DNA of 63,063 nucleotides, filler included, from Methanobacteriota archaeon (lineage in GTDB: Archaea > JACRDV01): assembly GCA_024860865.1 (NCBI GenBank). It is 11 parts of 11 records of this genome, joined end to end, with 100 filler letters (N's around TTAATTAATTAA, not from the genome) between each part and the next. Parts side by side here need not be neighbours in the genome. Positions count along the whole stretch, not along the records: positions 36,812 to 42,409 come from JACRDV010000139.1; positions 42,510 to 45,083 come from JACRDV010000137.1; positions 45,184 to 54,913 come from JACRDV010000136.1; 8 more parts are not named here. One strand, written 5' to 3'. The notes under the pieces are model-generated. The model saw only the letters and a program-made list of their open reading frames with translations. It did not search any database and was not told the DNA's origin. Made by a program: the position numbers and the translations under genes. Shown piece after piece: positions 41,214-51,121 of the stretch. The first letter of the stretch is position 1. Every line of letters begins with the position of its first letter.

Positions 41214-41273
41214 AAATTAATATAATAATAAAACCAATCCTCTTAATAATTATTGGTACAGAAAACAAAAAGG

Positions 41274-42409
41274 CTAAGCACGATACCTCAGAATAGCAGC
41301 AACTCCACCAAAGGAGTTTAAAAGTTGCCCCCCTTCTTCCGTATCAACTGATATCATTTCAACTGAAGCACCAGTTTTTTCAGCCAGATCAGAAAGTTCA
41401 TCAACAACATCTTTGGCTTCAACAACTATCAACTGGCTTTTGATATTCAAAGTGCTTTCGCATTTTGGACATACTCCTAACTCTTCTTTAAACTGCTCTA
41501 CATCAGAAACTGTTTTTTCAAATCCATAATCGCAACTTTGGTTAGAGCATTTTACTTTTACTCTAAATTTTCTTAGAGCCTCTGATAATAACAAGATCTC
41601 AACTGAGCCTGCACTTAGGAAATGCCTAACTTCTGCCTCACCATAAGTAGCTAATCCTTTATCTTTAACAACTTCAGCAAAGAAGCGCTGGACTAGCTTC
41701 TTTTCCTTAGTTATATCGAGCTCTTCAATAACTTCACTCGCCTTATTCACAAGCTCTTGAATTCCATATTCATCAGTATAACCAGTATCGATTAGACCGA
41801 TCACCTTTTCTTTAAGGCGGTAATCGAGGTAGTCCTTGCTTGAGAATTCTTCTTTGGTTGGACCTGGGCCGCCTATGATAACTCCTTTTAGCTCTGGTAC
41901 GCCGAGAAACAGCTCATTTGCTTTCTTTCCCAAGCGATCGAAAAACTCATGTACTGCTTGTTCTATTAAGCGTTCGAAACGTTTTGCACTTTGTCCCCCG
42001 GCATCGTGTTTCCCCATAACACCAGAAGTCAACTTTTTCAAAACTTCAACATGCTTTCCTCTAAGAGTTCCAATTGTAGCTTCTTTTCTATCAATGACAA
42101 GCAATCCAAAGGTCTCTTTTTCCTTTATCATGTCTTTTAATGGATCTAAGAAAAACTTTTCATCACAGCGATACAAATAAACTCCGACTGGCTCTGGGGG
42201 CTCAACCAAATATATTTCCATCTTTTCAGTAATTGGTCCAGTAGGTATAGTTCCACAAAAAATTGCCAATCCATTTTCAGGCGGTTTATTGAATAATTTT
42301 AACCTCTGTAAAATCATTGAGATTGCTCCTTGAACGTTTGTTCTTGTTCGCTTTGACTTTATGTTCCCAGCTTGAGCATACTCAGCTCTCATTTGATTTG
42401 TAACATCTG
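41274..42409 (-). CDS. prf1: Peptide chain release factor aRF1 (5'-truncated)
   Basis: NIKS, YRCD and GGQS motifs, a zinc-ribbon insert and GGVAAILRY. Confidence 0.97.
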
Positions 42410-42509
42410 NNNNNNNNNNNNNNNNNNNNNNNNNNNNNNNNNNNNNNNNNNNNTTAATTAATTAANNNNNNNNNNNNNNNNNNNNNNNNNNNNNNNNNNN
42501 NNNNNNNNN
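42410..42509. other. Artificial contig linker
   Basis: N run with TTAATTAATTAA. Confidence 0.99.
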
Positions 42510-42897
42510 AATTGCTAACCCAGATAAATTGAAAGATCTCCCTTCTGGTTCTACAATAGTGCTTTACCCAGTTTTAATTGAAAAAAAGCCCTCCACAACT
42601 GCCATAGAAGCCTGATGACTTCTTCGCTAATTGATAAACTTCGTTTGCTAGTTCAAACGCTAGTATAAAGCTAAAAGGGCCCGCTTAATCTTAATTGCTT
42701 TTTAATGTCGCCTTGTATGGGTATTTTTATTTCTTGCGTAGAAAGCTCGTTCGGGTCTCGCACGTCAGAAGCTGATGCCCTGCAGTGAGCGCAGCGCAAA
42801 TTGCAGCTCCCGGTAAGCTCCTATGCTATAAACCTTGGCAGAAATTCGTGCATGCAATTAGCGTTAAAACTGACAAAGGAAAAAAATTCAGAATTTC

Positions 42898-42971
42898 ATA
42901 TAACGTCTTGCGTGTTTGCGAAGTGTGAAGCATTTGGGCGAACGCAGTGAGCCGCAAACATGCTGTTATTG
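42898..42971 (-). mobile_element. Integron attC-like site 1
   Basis: Minus strand: CAATAAC-AGCATGTTTGCG...CGCAAACACGC-AAGAC-GTTATAT. Imperfect palindrome with AAC/GTT cores, 13 nt after the restored stop of the toxin gene. Confidence 0.75.
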
Positions 42972-42984
42972 AAAGTTGCACCAT

Positions 42985-43316
42985 TCACTGCCGTAATATA
43001 TCCATTATTCTGTCGATCACTTCATTGACTTTTTCAGGTTTAAGGTTGCAACCCGATATAAGATAATCTGCTGATCAGCTGTAAAGATGCGATTGGGTCT
43101 AACATTGCTCCTTTGTTTAAGAGTCCCGGTTTGAAAGTCGCTCTCATCGATTGGGATGGCATATCTATCTCCTATCTGCTGGCTGGTTATCTGGCAGAGA
43201 ATCAGGTCGTCTCCTTCTAATTTGGCAATAACCAGAGCTGGTCGTCTTTTGGCTTGCGTTAGATCCGAGAAAGGGAAGGGAACAACGACTACATCACCTT
43301 TCACAAATCTCGCCAA
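42985..43316 (-). pseudogene. mazF: MazF/PemK toxin with a 1-nt frameshift near the C-terminus
   Basis: KGDVVVVPFPFSD...KRRPALV...QITS. The typical last helix (LKPEKVNEVIDRIMDILRQ*) is in a shifted frame after about 43048. Confidence 0.85.
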
Positions 43317-43495
43317 GCCTCGTCCTCCTCTTTGCTGAGCCAATCTTTTCTCAGAGAAGATTCGCTTGCGATTGCCGTTTCCATCCCCTGCCTCAAGGTT
43401 TTTGCTTTCAAAAAACGTATGAAATCCAATATCTCCTTCAGGAATGGCTCAGGAATCTTTTCAATTTCATTTAAGATTACTTCCTTTGTGGCCAT
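43301..43495 (-). CDS. DUF2281-family antitoxin
   Basis: LKEILDFIRFL and ASESSLRKDWLSKEEDEAW motifs; overlaps the toxin start. Confidence 0.85.
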   Translation of the reverse strand: MATKEVILNEIEKIPEPFLKEILDFIRFLKAKTLRQGMETAIASESSLRKDWLSKEEDEAWRDL

Positions 43496-43557
43496 AATTC
43501 CACCTTATATTACGTCTTAATAGTCGTAACGTTTAAAAGTTTTACTGCGGTAGTTTC

Positions 43558-43645
43558 GCCTAACGTATGCGATTATAAGACGTTGCCAAAGGCAATGTGG
43601 CGAAGGACAAGGACGAAAGCCCGTAGCATATATGCTGTGTTATCT
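43558..43645 (-). mobile_element. Integron attC-like site 2
   Basis: Minus strand: AGATAAC-ACAGCATATATG...CTTATAATCGCATAC-GTTAGGC. GTTAGGC matches the GTTRRRY consensus; internal hairpin CATTGCCTTTGGCAACG. Confidence 0.75.
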
Positions 43646-43666
43646 GCTGTTCTGGGCATCTATATT

Positions 43667-43807
43667 TCACTTATGCTCAATCTTACTGCAAACCAATTTT
43701 TCGCCTGGATATAAGGTAACTACCATAATTTTTCCCTCACTCTCTTCGTATACTATTCTTAATATTAAATCATCGGGTTTTTCAATGATTTCCAAAACCT
43801 TCTGCTT
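43667..43807 (-). pseudogene. DUF4258-like toxin remnant with an internal deletion
   Basis: KQKVLEIIEKPD-DLILRIVYEESEGKIMVVTLYP; no start codon. Confidence 0.6.
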
Positions 43808-43995
43808 ATAGCCTGAATTTCCTTCAAAGCCTTTGCAACTTCGCATGAGCTTAAGCTCGGCCCAAACTTTATTATCGTGTGCACGTGATCTCTATCAAAC
43901 CAACTTCTTTTATTTCTGCCCCAATTCTCCGCCTGTTTCTAAAAGTATTATAGCATCAGTATGAAAAAGTATGAAAATAAACTAGACCAAATTAC

Positions 43996-44397
43996 TTGAG
44001 AAAATCCGTTAGTTTTTTATCACTTGAAAGCCAATTTCTGGCGAGAAGCTTGACTAACAAATCTGATATAGAAGAGCTTGAAAACTTAATTTTAGAACTA
44101 GAAGATTCTGTAAAACAACTTATAGATGCGCTAGCTCAGCAATCGCCCCAATTGCTTGCTTATTTTGAAGACTTATTGATAAAAGCTCGTCTGCCTTATC
44201 GCAAAATTTTGAGAACTGACCTTGAAAATGCCCTATCAAAAGGGGAAATTGAAATGCTTTTGTCAAATATCGATCACTTGGCCTTAATGGCGCACTTAAA
44301 CTATCGTGAAAATAGGTTAGCACTTTTGCCTGAGTTACTAACTTTAATGCAGAAAGATATCAAAACATGTCTAGAAATAATCAAAAGCCAAAAATAA
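43996..44397 (+). CDS. Hypothetical helical protein
   Basis: 133-aa open frame with an amphipathic helical pattern; no recognised motif. Confidence 0.55.
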   Translation: MRKSVSFLSLESQFLARSLTNKSDIEELENLILELEDSVKQLIDALAQQSPQLLAYFEDLLIKARLPYRKILRTDLENALSKGEIEMLLSNIDHLALMAHLNYRENRLALLPELLTLMQKDIKTCLEIIKSQK

Positions 44398-44583
44398 TTA
44401 GATTTCAGCTAAAACTGGACAAAGCTTGCATTCCTTTGGCGGATTATCTACATCGATAACTTCAGGGCAATCTGGATACAACCCCTTGCAGTTTGGAAAT
44501 TGCAAGCTCTTTGCTCTTCTTATCATCCTTTCGCTTAAGGAGGTTCTCTTAACCTTTGGACGCTTTCTAACTCTTCTGCCCAT
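44398..44583 (-). CDS. Small basic protein with four cysteines
   Basis: ATG preceded by GGTGG; Arg/Lys-rich N-terminus and a Cx6C...Cx2C pattern. Confidence 0.6.
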   Translation of the reverse strand: MGRRVRKRPKVKRTSLSERMIRRAKSLQFPNCKGLYPDCPEVIDVDNPPKECKLCPVLAEI

Positions 44584-45083
44584 TAAACCACCAATTATTA
44601 TTCTATTCCCTTGGTAATATAGATTAATTGTAACTATTTGGCGATATGAAGTTGATTTTATTGCATCTGCTAACTAATTTAAGGCACTTTAATGGAATAA
44701 TATTTTTGCTACAAGTTAGCACATCATCAATTTTGACGATCTGATGCACTTTAATGCAGAATTCACTTCAAATGGCTAAATAGATACGATTAATTTTTAG
44801 TTTGGAAAAAACCTTCTAAATTTCAATTAACTAAAATTCTTATGGTGGGTAGTATATTAGAATTCGGTTGTAGCTGGTCTAGGCAGACATAATGCTAACT
44901 TATGAAATATTTTTTAATAAATTAAATTAAAAAAAAAGCTCATTAGCATTAAGTAATCATGGGAAATACCTGAGCGCAAATCATTGGGTTAAAGCGGAAT
45001 GTCCTGTTTGTAGGAACAAATTCTATATACCATCCAAATGGTGTCCAGGAATGGCTCCAGATTCTGTTATTGCAAAATGTAGT

Positions 45084-45183
45084 NNNNNNNNNNNNNNNNN
45101 NNNNNNNNNNNNNNNNNNNNNNNNNNNTTAATTAATTAANNNNNNNNNNNNNNNNNNNNNNNNNNNNNNNNNNNNNNNNNNNN
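45084..45183. other. Artificial contig linker
   Basis: N run with TTAATTAATTAA. Confidence 0.99.
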
Positions 45184-45185
45184 AT

Positions 45186-45707
45186 AATGATATTTTTTTA
45201 ATTGTAGATGCTGGATTTAAATCTCTTTTAGAGATAAACAACTATCTAGCAGTTGGTATTGATAAAATAATATTTGGCACCGAAACACTTACTGATATTA
45301 ATTTATTGAAACAAGCGAAAGAAAAATTTGGAAGAGAAAAAATTTTAGTTAGCATGGACATGAAAAATGGAAAAACTCTTTCAAAAATACAGGAATTTCA
45401 ACATATTTCTCCGATTAAGCTTGCAACATATATGCAGCATTTTGTTCATGAGTTAATTTTACTTGATATTTCAAGGGTTGGAACTTTAGTGGGATCAGAT
45501 ACGAATTTAGTTCGCTCAATAGTTAAAGCGGTTGATGTTCCCATTATCGTTGGAGGAGGTATCAAGGACATTCAAGAACTGAGAGGACTTAAAAAATTAG
45601 GGGTAAATGGGGCTCTTATTGGAACTGCATTGCATATGGGGTTGATTCCAAAAAAAGTTTTGTTGGAATTTGATTCTTGTAATATAAAGTATAGAGTAAA
45701 ATTGTGA
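45186..45707 (+). CDS. HisA/HisF-related TIM-barrel protein (5'-truncated)
   Basis: Frame open from the contig start: VDAG, IFGTETL, VSMD, LLDISRVGT, VGGGI and GALIGTALH motifs. Confidence 0.8.
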   Translation, partial: NDIFLIVDAGFKSLLEINNYLAVGIDKIIFGTETLTDINLLKQAKEKFGREKILVSMDMKNGKTLSKIQEFQHISPIKLATYMQHFVHELILLDISRVGTLVGSDTNLVRSIVKAVDVPIIVGGGIKDIQELRGLKKLGVNGALIGTALHMGLIPKKVLLEFDSCNIKYRVKL

Positions 45708-45884
45708 CCGCAACTCATAAGTATCAGATTTACTGTCTCCTTGAATATGGGATTCTTGCCCTAACAGCGTCTTTTATCCACTCCCGCTGCTTTGCAACGC
45801 GCTTCCTGATTACTGCAATATTATAAAATTACTTGCGCTGGAGCAGGAAAATAATTTAAGGCGTGCAGGGTATTATTCTACGCT

Positions 45885-46322
45885 ATGCCGCGAGTCTACT
45901 TAGACGCAAACGTTTGGGGGCGCATATTCGACGAGCAGACACAGCTAAGAATTGTTAAAGAGAAAGACGCATTTTTGGAAATACTTCGCATCTCGCGCGG
46001 AGCGAAAATCGAGATTGTTTCCTCGGCTATCCTTGAGAAAGAAATCGAAGACATAGCTGAGGATGATAAAAGAATTTTGATTCTGAGAATAATCGGTTTG
46101 TTCGCCATAGAAAGAATAAATCATATTCCCGCAGCATATGAAGAAATTATGAATTCCACAAACCTAAAACCAAAAGATGCTGCGCACATCGCATCTGCGG
46201 TTGAGCTTAATGCAGAATACTTTATAACCGTTGATGATGCTATATTAAAGAGAGGCAAAGAAATAGAAAGACTGTATAAGCTCAAAGTCTGTAACCCTGT
46301 TAAATTCCTAAAGGAGATCTGA
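45885..46322 (+). CDS. PIN-domain protein (toxin)
   Basis: VYLDAN, KDAAHIASA, FITVDD and NPVKF motifs. Confidence 0.85.
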   Translation: MPRVYLDANVWGRIFDEQTQLRIVKEKDAFLEILRISRGAKIEIVSSAILEKEIEDIAEDDKRILILRIIGLFAIERINHIPAAYEEIMNSTNLKPKDAAHIASAVELNAEYFITVDDAILKRGKEIERLYKLKVCNPVKFLKEI

Positions 46323-46325
46323 AAT

Positions 46326-46535
46326 ATGGCAACTGTGGAGCTGAAAGCCAAAGTTCTTGAGAAAGTCCTTGACATAGCGCAAAAGGAGCTTGACCCGATG
46401 GAGTACGTTTATTTTCTGGACATAATCGCGCCAAAGGTTGGAGACCTCGCCAAGGACTTGAGGAAGACGCGCGACGCAGAGACTAGAGAAGATTTTCTGA
46501 AGTGGGCGAGGAAGAAAAGCATCGCGGTGAAGTAG
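46326..46535 (+). CDS. Small partner protein (probable antitoxin, toxin-first order)
   Basis: 69 aa, GGAG ribosome-binding site, directly after the PIN gene. Confidence 0.6.
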   Translation: MATVELKAKVLEKVLDIAQKELDPMEYVYFLDIIAPKVGDLAKDLRKTRDAETREDFLKWARKKSIAVK

Positions 46536-46602
46536 GCTGCTGACTGAACAGAAAATCCTAATCACCTTTTTCGCTCAAATACAAGATTTCGTTCAACAAT
46601 CC

Positions 46603-46887
46603 TTACATCATCTTTGAATAGTCCCATGAATGGATTTTCTTCAGAGTTATTCTTATCAAGACTCCTTCTTTTTTCTGCCTTTCCATTATCTGCCTTGCCA
46701 TCGGATGCTCTGGCGAGCCAAAATACTTTGTCATAAATTTAGAGATGCCAGAGTTCATAATGCGCAGCGCATCCTCCAGTTTGGCGACGAGATTCGCTTT
46801 TCCCTCTATGAGCACACTTTTAATATCCTGATAACTCTCCCCCGAATCCACAACCAAGGCTACGCAGTCGTTTTCTTTTAGTTTTTT
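46603..46887 (-). pseudogene. C-terminal half of a pyridoxamine 5'-phosphate oxidase-like (split barrel) protein
   Basis: LKENDCVALVVDSGESY...VLIEGKA...KY...IHSWDYSK; the N-terminal half is missing. Confidence 0.65.
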
Positions 46888-46889
46888 AT

Positions 46890-47243
46890 CTATTTTTTTA
46901 ATGCATCTCGAATTTCTTTTAACACGATAATAACTTCATCAAAATGTTTGTTCATCGTATCACTTAAAACATCAAAACGCTTATTCATTTCTGAACAAAT
47001 AATTACAGTTTTTCTATCAACTCTAACCAAAATTTGGATAGAGCTCATAAGCGTGATCCATAATGAGATAGCAGCACCTATAATCGTTATTACAATTCCA
47101 AGCTCCTTGATTATACCCAGAATTTCAAGTATCGCAGCTATAATAGCAATTGCTAAAAAAATTGCAGAGAGAATAAGATACACTTTATCCCATTTCCTTC
47201 CAGCATCAATCTTTCTTATTTCTTCTTCCCACGTTTCGACCAT
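46890..47243 (-). CDS. Two-helix membrane protein with a short coiled-coil repeat tail
   Basis: Two hydrophobic helices followed by MNKRFD/MNKHFD repeats. Confidence 0.6.
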   Translation of the reverse strand: MVETWEEEIRKIDAGRKWDKVYLILSAIFLAIAIIAAILEILGIIKELGIVITIIGAAISLWITLMSSIQILVRVDRKTVIICSEMNKRFDVLSDTMNKHFDEVIIVLKEIRDALKK

Positions 47244-47391
47244 AATAAACTCAACTTTTTTATTTAATTTTACTTGTTGTTAAAATAATACTTATCTGCT
47301 TTATATTGAATTCAATATTTTATTAACCTCTGAATTATTATATAAGATTTAGCTAAAAATAATTTAGAAAATACTACACATAGGTAGAAAA

Positions 47392-48690
47392 ATGTTAAAT
47401 CAAATTCTGCACATCGGTCTTGACGACACCGACTCCAAAGATGGAATGTGTACAACTTATATTGGGGCGGTTGTGGTTGATAAATTAAAAGAAGTTGGAA
47501 TAAAATTAATCGATTTTCCCTATCTAATCCGATTAAACCCCAATTGGATTTTAAAAACTCGGGGGAATTGTGCGATTGTCATCAGAGTTCAAGCAACTGA
47601 TGAACAAATTCCAATTATAAAACAAATTACTTTAGAAACAGTTGAAAAACTAGCTGAGCTTCATCATGAAACAACAAATCCTGGCGTTGTATTTTATCAA
47701 GCAAAAGAAATTCCAGAGAAATTAAAAATATTTTCAAAAAAAGTTATTCAAGATGTAGTTACTTTAGAAGAAGCAGAAAAATTAGCTAGAGAAATTGGAG
47801 CTGAAATTCATAAGTTTAAACTTGGAAGAGGAATTATTGGAGCACTTGCAGCTATTGGAGAAACTCTCAAGCATGATAAAACATTTGAGCTAATAGCCTA
47901 TCGAACTCCGAACAATTGGGGAACAAAACGAAGAATTGATGAAAAATCTGTATTTAAAATGAACGAATTAACTTTTCCTGAAACATTTGACAATCTGGAC
48001 CCCACTACTGGCGAAATTAGAATTACACCTCACACGCCTTGCCCAGTTTTATATGGGATTCGTTCAGAAAAACCGATAGTAGCACAAAAAGCGCATAACT
48101 TAGTCAAAGTATTTGAACCAATTGAGAGATTTGTAATTTACAAGACAAATCAAGGAACCGACGAGCACCTCAGAGAAGCCAAAGTCACCGGGATAAAGCC
48201 ATTTTGGTCGGTTATTGTTAAAGGAACCGTTTCGGGAAAACCGAGAGTAATAACCGGTGGCCATGTAATTTTTAAAATGAGAGATGAAACAGGAGAAATC
48301 GATTGCGCTGCCTATGAGCCAACCAGAAAATTTAGAATAGTAGTTAAAAAACTGACAGTTGGAGATGTTATCAGAGCATATGGTGGAGTTAAGCCAAAGC
48401 CTGAGCTACCGTTAACTATAAATTTAGAAAAAATCGAAATTTTAAAGCTTAACCCTATTTTAAAGAAAGCGAATCCAATTTGTCCAAAATGCAATAAACG
48501 GACAAAATCAGCTGGGAAAAACAAGGGTTATGTTTGCAAACGATGTAAACAAAAATTTCCAAAAGAAGCAGCAAAATTAGAAGAAATCCCTCGAGAAATC
48601 GAGCGAGGGTTATTCGAAGTTCCTCCAAGAGCTCGCAGGCACTTGGCTAAACCGATTGTTCGTGTTTCATTTCCAAAAAGAGCATATTAA
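47392..48690 (+). CDS. tiaS: tRNA(Ile2) agmatidine synthetase
   Basis: HIGLDDTDS...CTTY, RLNPN...KTRGN, GRGIIGALAA, PHTPCPVLYGIR, an OB fold, a zinc ribbon and RRHLAKP. Confidence 0.95.
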   Translation: MLNQILHIGLDDTDSKDGMCTTYIGAVVVDKLKEVGIKLIDFPYLIRLNPNWILKTRGNCAIVIRVQATDEQIPIIKQITLETVEKLAELHHETTNPGVVFYQAKEIPEKLKIFSKKVIQDVVTLEEAEKLAREIGAEIHKFKLGRGIIGALAAIGETLKHDKTFELIAYRTPNNWGTKRRIDEKSVFKMNELTFPETFDNLDPTTGEIRITPHTPCPVLYGIRSEKPIVAQKAHNLVKVFEPIERFVIYKTNQGTDEHLREAKVTGIKPFWSVIVKGTVSGKPRVITGGHVIFKMRDETGEIDCAAYEPTRKFRIVVKKLTVGDVIRAYGGVKPKPELPLTINLEKIEILKLNPILKKANPICPKCNKRTKSAGKNKGYVCKRCKQKFPKEAAKLEEIPREIERGLFEVPPRARRHLAKPIVRVSFPKRAY

Positions 48691-48725
48691 TATAGGAACA
48701 ATAAAAATCAAACGAAGGCAATGCT

Positions 48726-49280
48726 ATGGAAGCAAAACTTACCGTTAAAGATGCAATGGCTCGTGGCGTAATAACCATAAAACCTTCAGCTACTATTGCT
48801 GAAGCAGCCAAAGTTATGAACGAGAATGATGTTGGCTGTTTAGTAGTTGTTGAAAATAATCGACCAGTAGGAATAATTACTGATACTGATGTTCTTGCTC
48901 GGGTTGTTTCTAAGGATTTAAAACCCAGCAAAGTAAAGGTAAAAGATGTAATGTCAACACCGCTTGTTACAGTCGACCCTGATTCAGATATTAGTGAAGC
49001 TGCGCGAGTAATGGAGCGGGCTCATATTAGGCGGTTGCCAGTTATGAAAAATAATCGCCTTGTTGGGTTTCTTTCTACGACTGATTTGGCTGCCATGTGC
49101 CCAGTTTTAGTTGAATACAGCGGAATGGCTGGCGAACGGAGAGAATTGGTTGCTCGACCAGTAGTAGCCGTTCCTACCGAACTAGGAATTTGTGAGAATT
49201 GTGGAACCTATACAGATACTTTGTATGATGTTGATGGGCAGCTAGTTTGTGAGACTTGCAAAGAAGAATTAACCAAGTAA
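48726..49280 (+). CDS. CBS-pair protein with a C-terminal zinc ribbon
   Basis: Two CBS repeats and GICENCG...LVCETC. Confidence 0.9.
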   Translation: MEAKLTVKDAMARGVITIKPSATIAEAAKVMNENDVGCLVVVENNRPVGIITDTDVLARVVSKDLKPSKVKVKDVMSTPLVTVDPDSDISEAARVMERAHIRRLPVMKNNRLVGFLSTTDLAAMCPVLVEYSGMAGERRELVARPVVAVPTELGICENCGTYTDTLYDVDGQLVCETCKEELTK

Positions 49281-49304
49281 ATTGAATTTGTTTTTGGTGG
49301 TTTT

Positions 49305-50252
49305 GTGTTCGGAAGAAAAGGCATTACTACTCTTTATAAGGGGGCTCGCGTGCGTGCAAAAGATCGTGGTCCAGTGCATTTTAAAACTCCATTGACTGTC
49401 CATGAAGGAGACATAATGAGCATAGCGAAAAGAAATGTAGTAACAATAACGCCAATTACTGCTATCAAAACAGCTGCTTCGATTATGGTCAAGCATAGCT
49501 TTAGAAGACTTCCAATTGTTGACGCTGGAACAAATTTGCTTCTTGGAATTATAACAAGCACAGATATTGTAGATTTTTTTGGTGGCGGCGATAAGTTTCA
49601 GATAATTCGCGAAAGGTATCAAGGAAACCTGTTGGCTGCTTTTAATGAGGCTGTACGAGAAATAATGGTAAAAGATGTTGTGACAATCACTAATACAGCT
49701 TCAATTAATGAAACGCTTGAGAAAATGTTCATAAATAGCATCGGAGGAGTCCCTGTCGTTACTCATGATTACAAAGTTGTTGGAATTGTAACCGAAATGG
49801 ATTTTGTTAAACTTCTAACTGACAAATTCACTGGTAAGAAAGTTGAAGAATTGATGACAATAGAAGTTATAACAGCTCCTCCAGGCATGAGTATTTTGGA
49901 TGCAGCTCGTTTGATGATTCGAAATGGTTTTAGAAGGTTGCCTGTTGTTAGAGATGAAAACTTAATTGGAATTTTGACATCAACCGATATTATTGCTTTC
50001 ATTGGGAAGAACATAGTATTTAAAAAAATTTCAACAACCCAAGCTGAAGAGGCTTTAAAGACTAGAATTGAAGAAATTATGACAGAGGGAGTAATGACAA
50101 CTGAACCTTCAGCTGATTTGGGGTCAGTAGCGAAAACAATGATTGAAAGGCACACCGGTGCATTGCCAGTTGCTGAAGATGAAAAATTAGTTGGACTAAT
50201 TACTGAACGCGATTTGTTATTTTCTTTAATACAGGAGGTTGCTCCCACTTGA
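49305..50252 (+). CDS. Four-CBS-domain protein
   Basis: Four RRLPxV/GIxTxxD repeats and FFGGG. Confidence 0.9.
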   Translation: MFGRKGITTLYKGARVRAKDRGPVHFKTPLTVHEGDIMSIAKRNVVTITPITAIKTAASIMVKHSFRRLPIVDAGTNLLLGIITSTDIVDFFGGGDKFQIIRERYQGNLLAAFNEAVREIMVKDVVTITNTASINETLEKMFINSIGGVPVVTHDYKVVGIVTEMDFVKLLTDKFTGKKVEELMTIEVITAPPGMSILDAARLMIRNGFRRLPVVRDENLIGILTSTDIIAFIGKNIVFKKISTTQAEEALKTRIEEIMTEGVMTTEPSADLGSVAKTMIERHTGALPVAEDEKLVGLITERDLLFSLIQEVAPT

Positions 50253-51112
50253 AAGTAGCCGACATTATGACCGATGAGATAGTTATTGTTAAGCCAACTG
50301 AGCCATTAGCTCATATAAGGAAACTTCTGCTTAAGCATGAGATCAGCAGGTTGGTCGTTGTGGATGATATGTTTAATCCAATTGGGATAATATCTAAGCA
50401 CGATATTGCGCGAGCAACCTCAAAAGGAGGGCCACCTTGGCGACGGCGACCCATTGATAGAATTCCTGCTCAGCGATTGATGACTTCAAACATTAAAACT
50501 ATAGATTTAGACCTACCGGTAAAAGAAGTTGCACAAATTATGTTGAGCAATAAGCTTGGAGGTTTACCAGTAATTGAGGATAACAAATTAGTTGGAATTA
50601 TTACGAAAACAGATATGACTCGATTCTATGCTGAAAATGGGAAATCTAAGGCAAAAATTGTTGATTTAATGACTAATAACGTTATAACGGTCAATAACCT
50701 CCATAGTTTATCCCATGTTATTAAGACCTTAAATAAACACAAAATAGCTAGGTTAGTTGTCGTTGGAGGGGTCAATCAACCTGTTGGAATTTTGACTCTC
50801 TCTGATCTATCTTTCGCTTTTCTAGAAAGACCAACTGAGGGTATACCAATAAAGAAAGTACAGTACACTAGAAAAGCTGAACACGCTGGTCGACCTATAT
50901 TTAGGCATGTTAAATCCTTTGCTTTATTAACAGCTGAGGATGCAATGACTCCAAACCCAATTACAATAAATGAGGCTCAAGATGCTGTCGAAGGAGCTGA
51001 CATAATGATTAAACGTGGAATTAGCGGACTACCTGTTTTAAATGAAAATGATGAACTTGTTGGCATAATTACAAAAACTGATTTTGTAAAAGGTATCGCA
51101 ACGCTATTTTGA
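50249..51112 (+). CDS. Four-CBS-domain protein
   Basis: CBS repeats and PPWRRRPID; TTGA overlap with the previous gene. Confidence 0.9.
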   Translation: MKVADIMTDEIVIVKPTEPLAHIRKLLLKHEISRLVVVDDMFNPIGIISKHDIARATSKGGPPWRRRPIDRIPAQRLMTSNIKTIDLDLPVKEVAQIMLSNKLGGLPVIEDNKLVGIITKTDMTRFYAENGKSKAKIVDLMTNNVITVNNLHSLSHVIKTLNKHKIARLVVVGGVNQPVGILTLSDLSFAFLERPTEGIPIKKVQYTRKAEHAGRPIFRHVKSFALLTAEDAMTPNPITINEAQDAVEGADIMIKRGISGLPVLNENDELVGIITKTDFVKGIATLF

Positions 51113-51121
51113 GGGGAAAGA

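Noticed and set aside
42740-42870. GC-richer palindromic bits (TGCAGTGAGCGCAGCGCAAATTGCA), and 43825-43885, as further attC sites
   Set aside because: Paired AAC/GTT cores could not be identified; remnants at best.
44959-45083. CPVC-containing frame at a contig end (HWVKAECPVCRNKFYIP)
   Set aside because: Truncated with no clear start, so there is not enough to call.
45774-45850. GCCCTAAC upstream of the PIN/partner pair as an attC end
   Set aside because: No matching GTT core or convincing palindrome.
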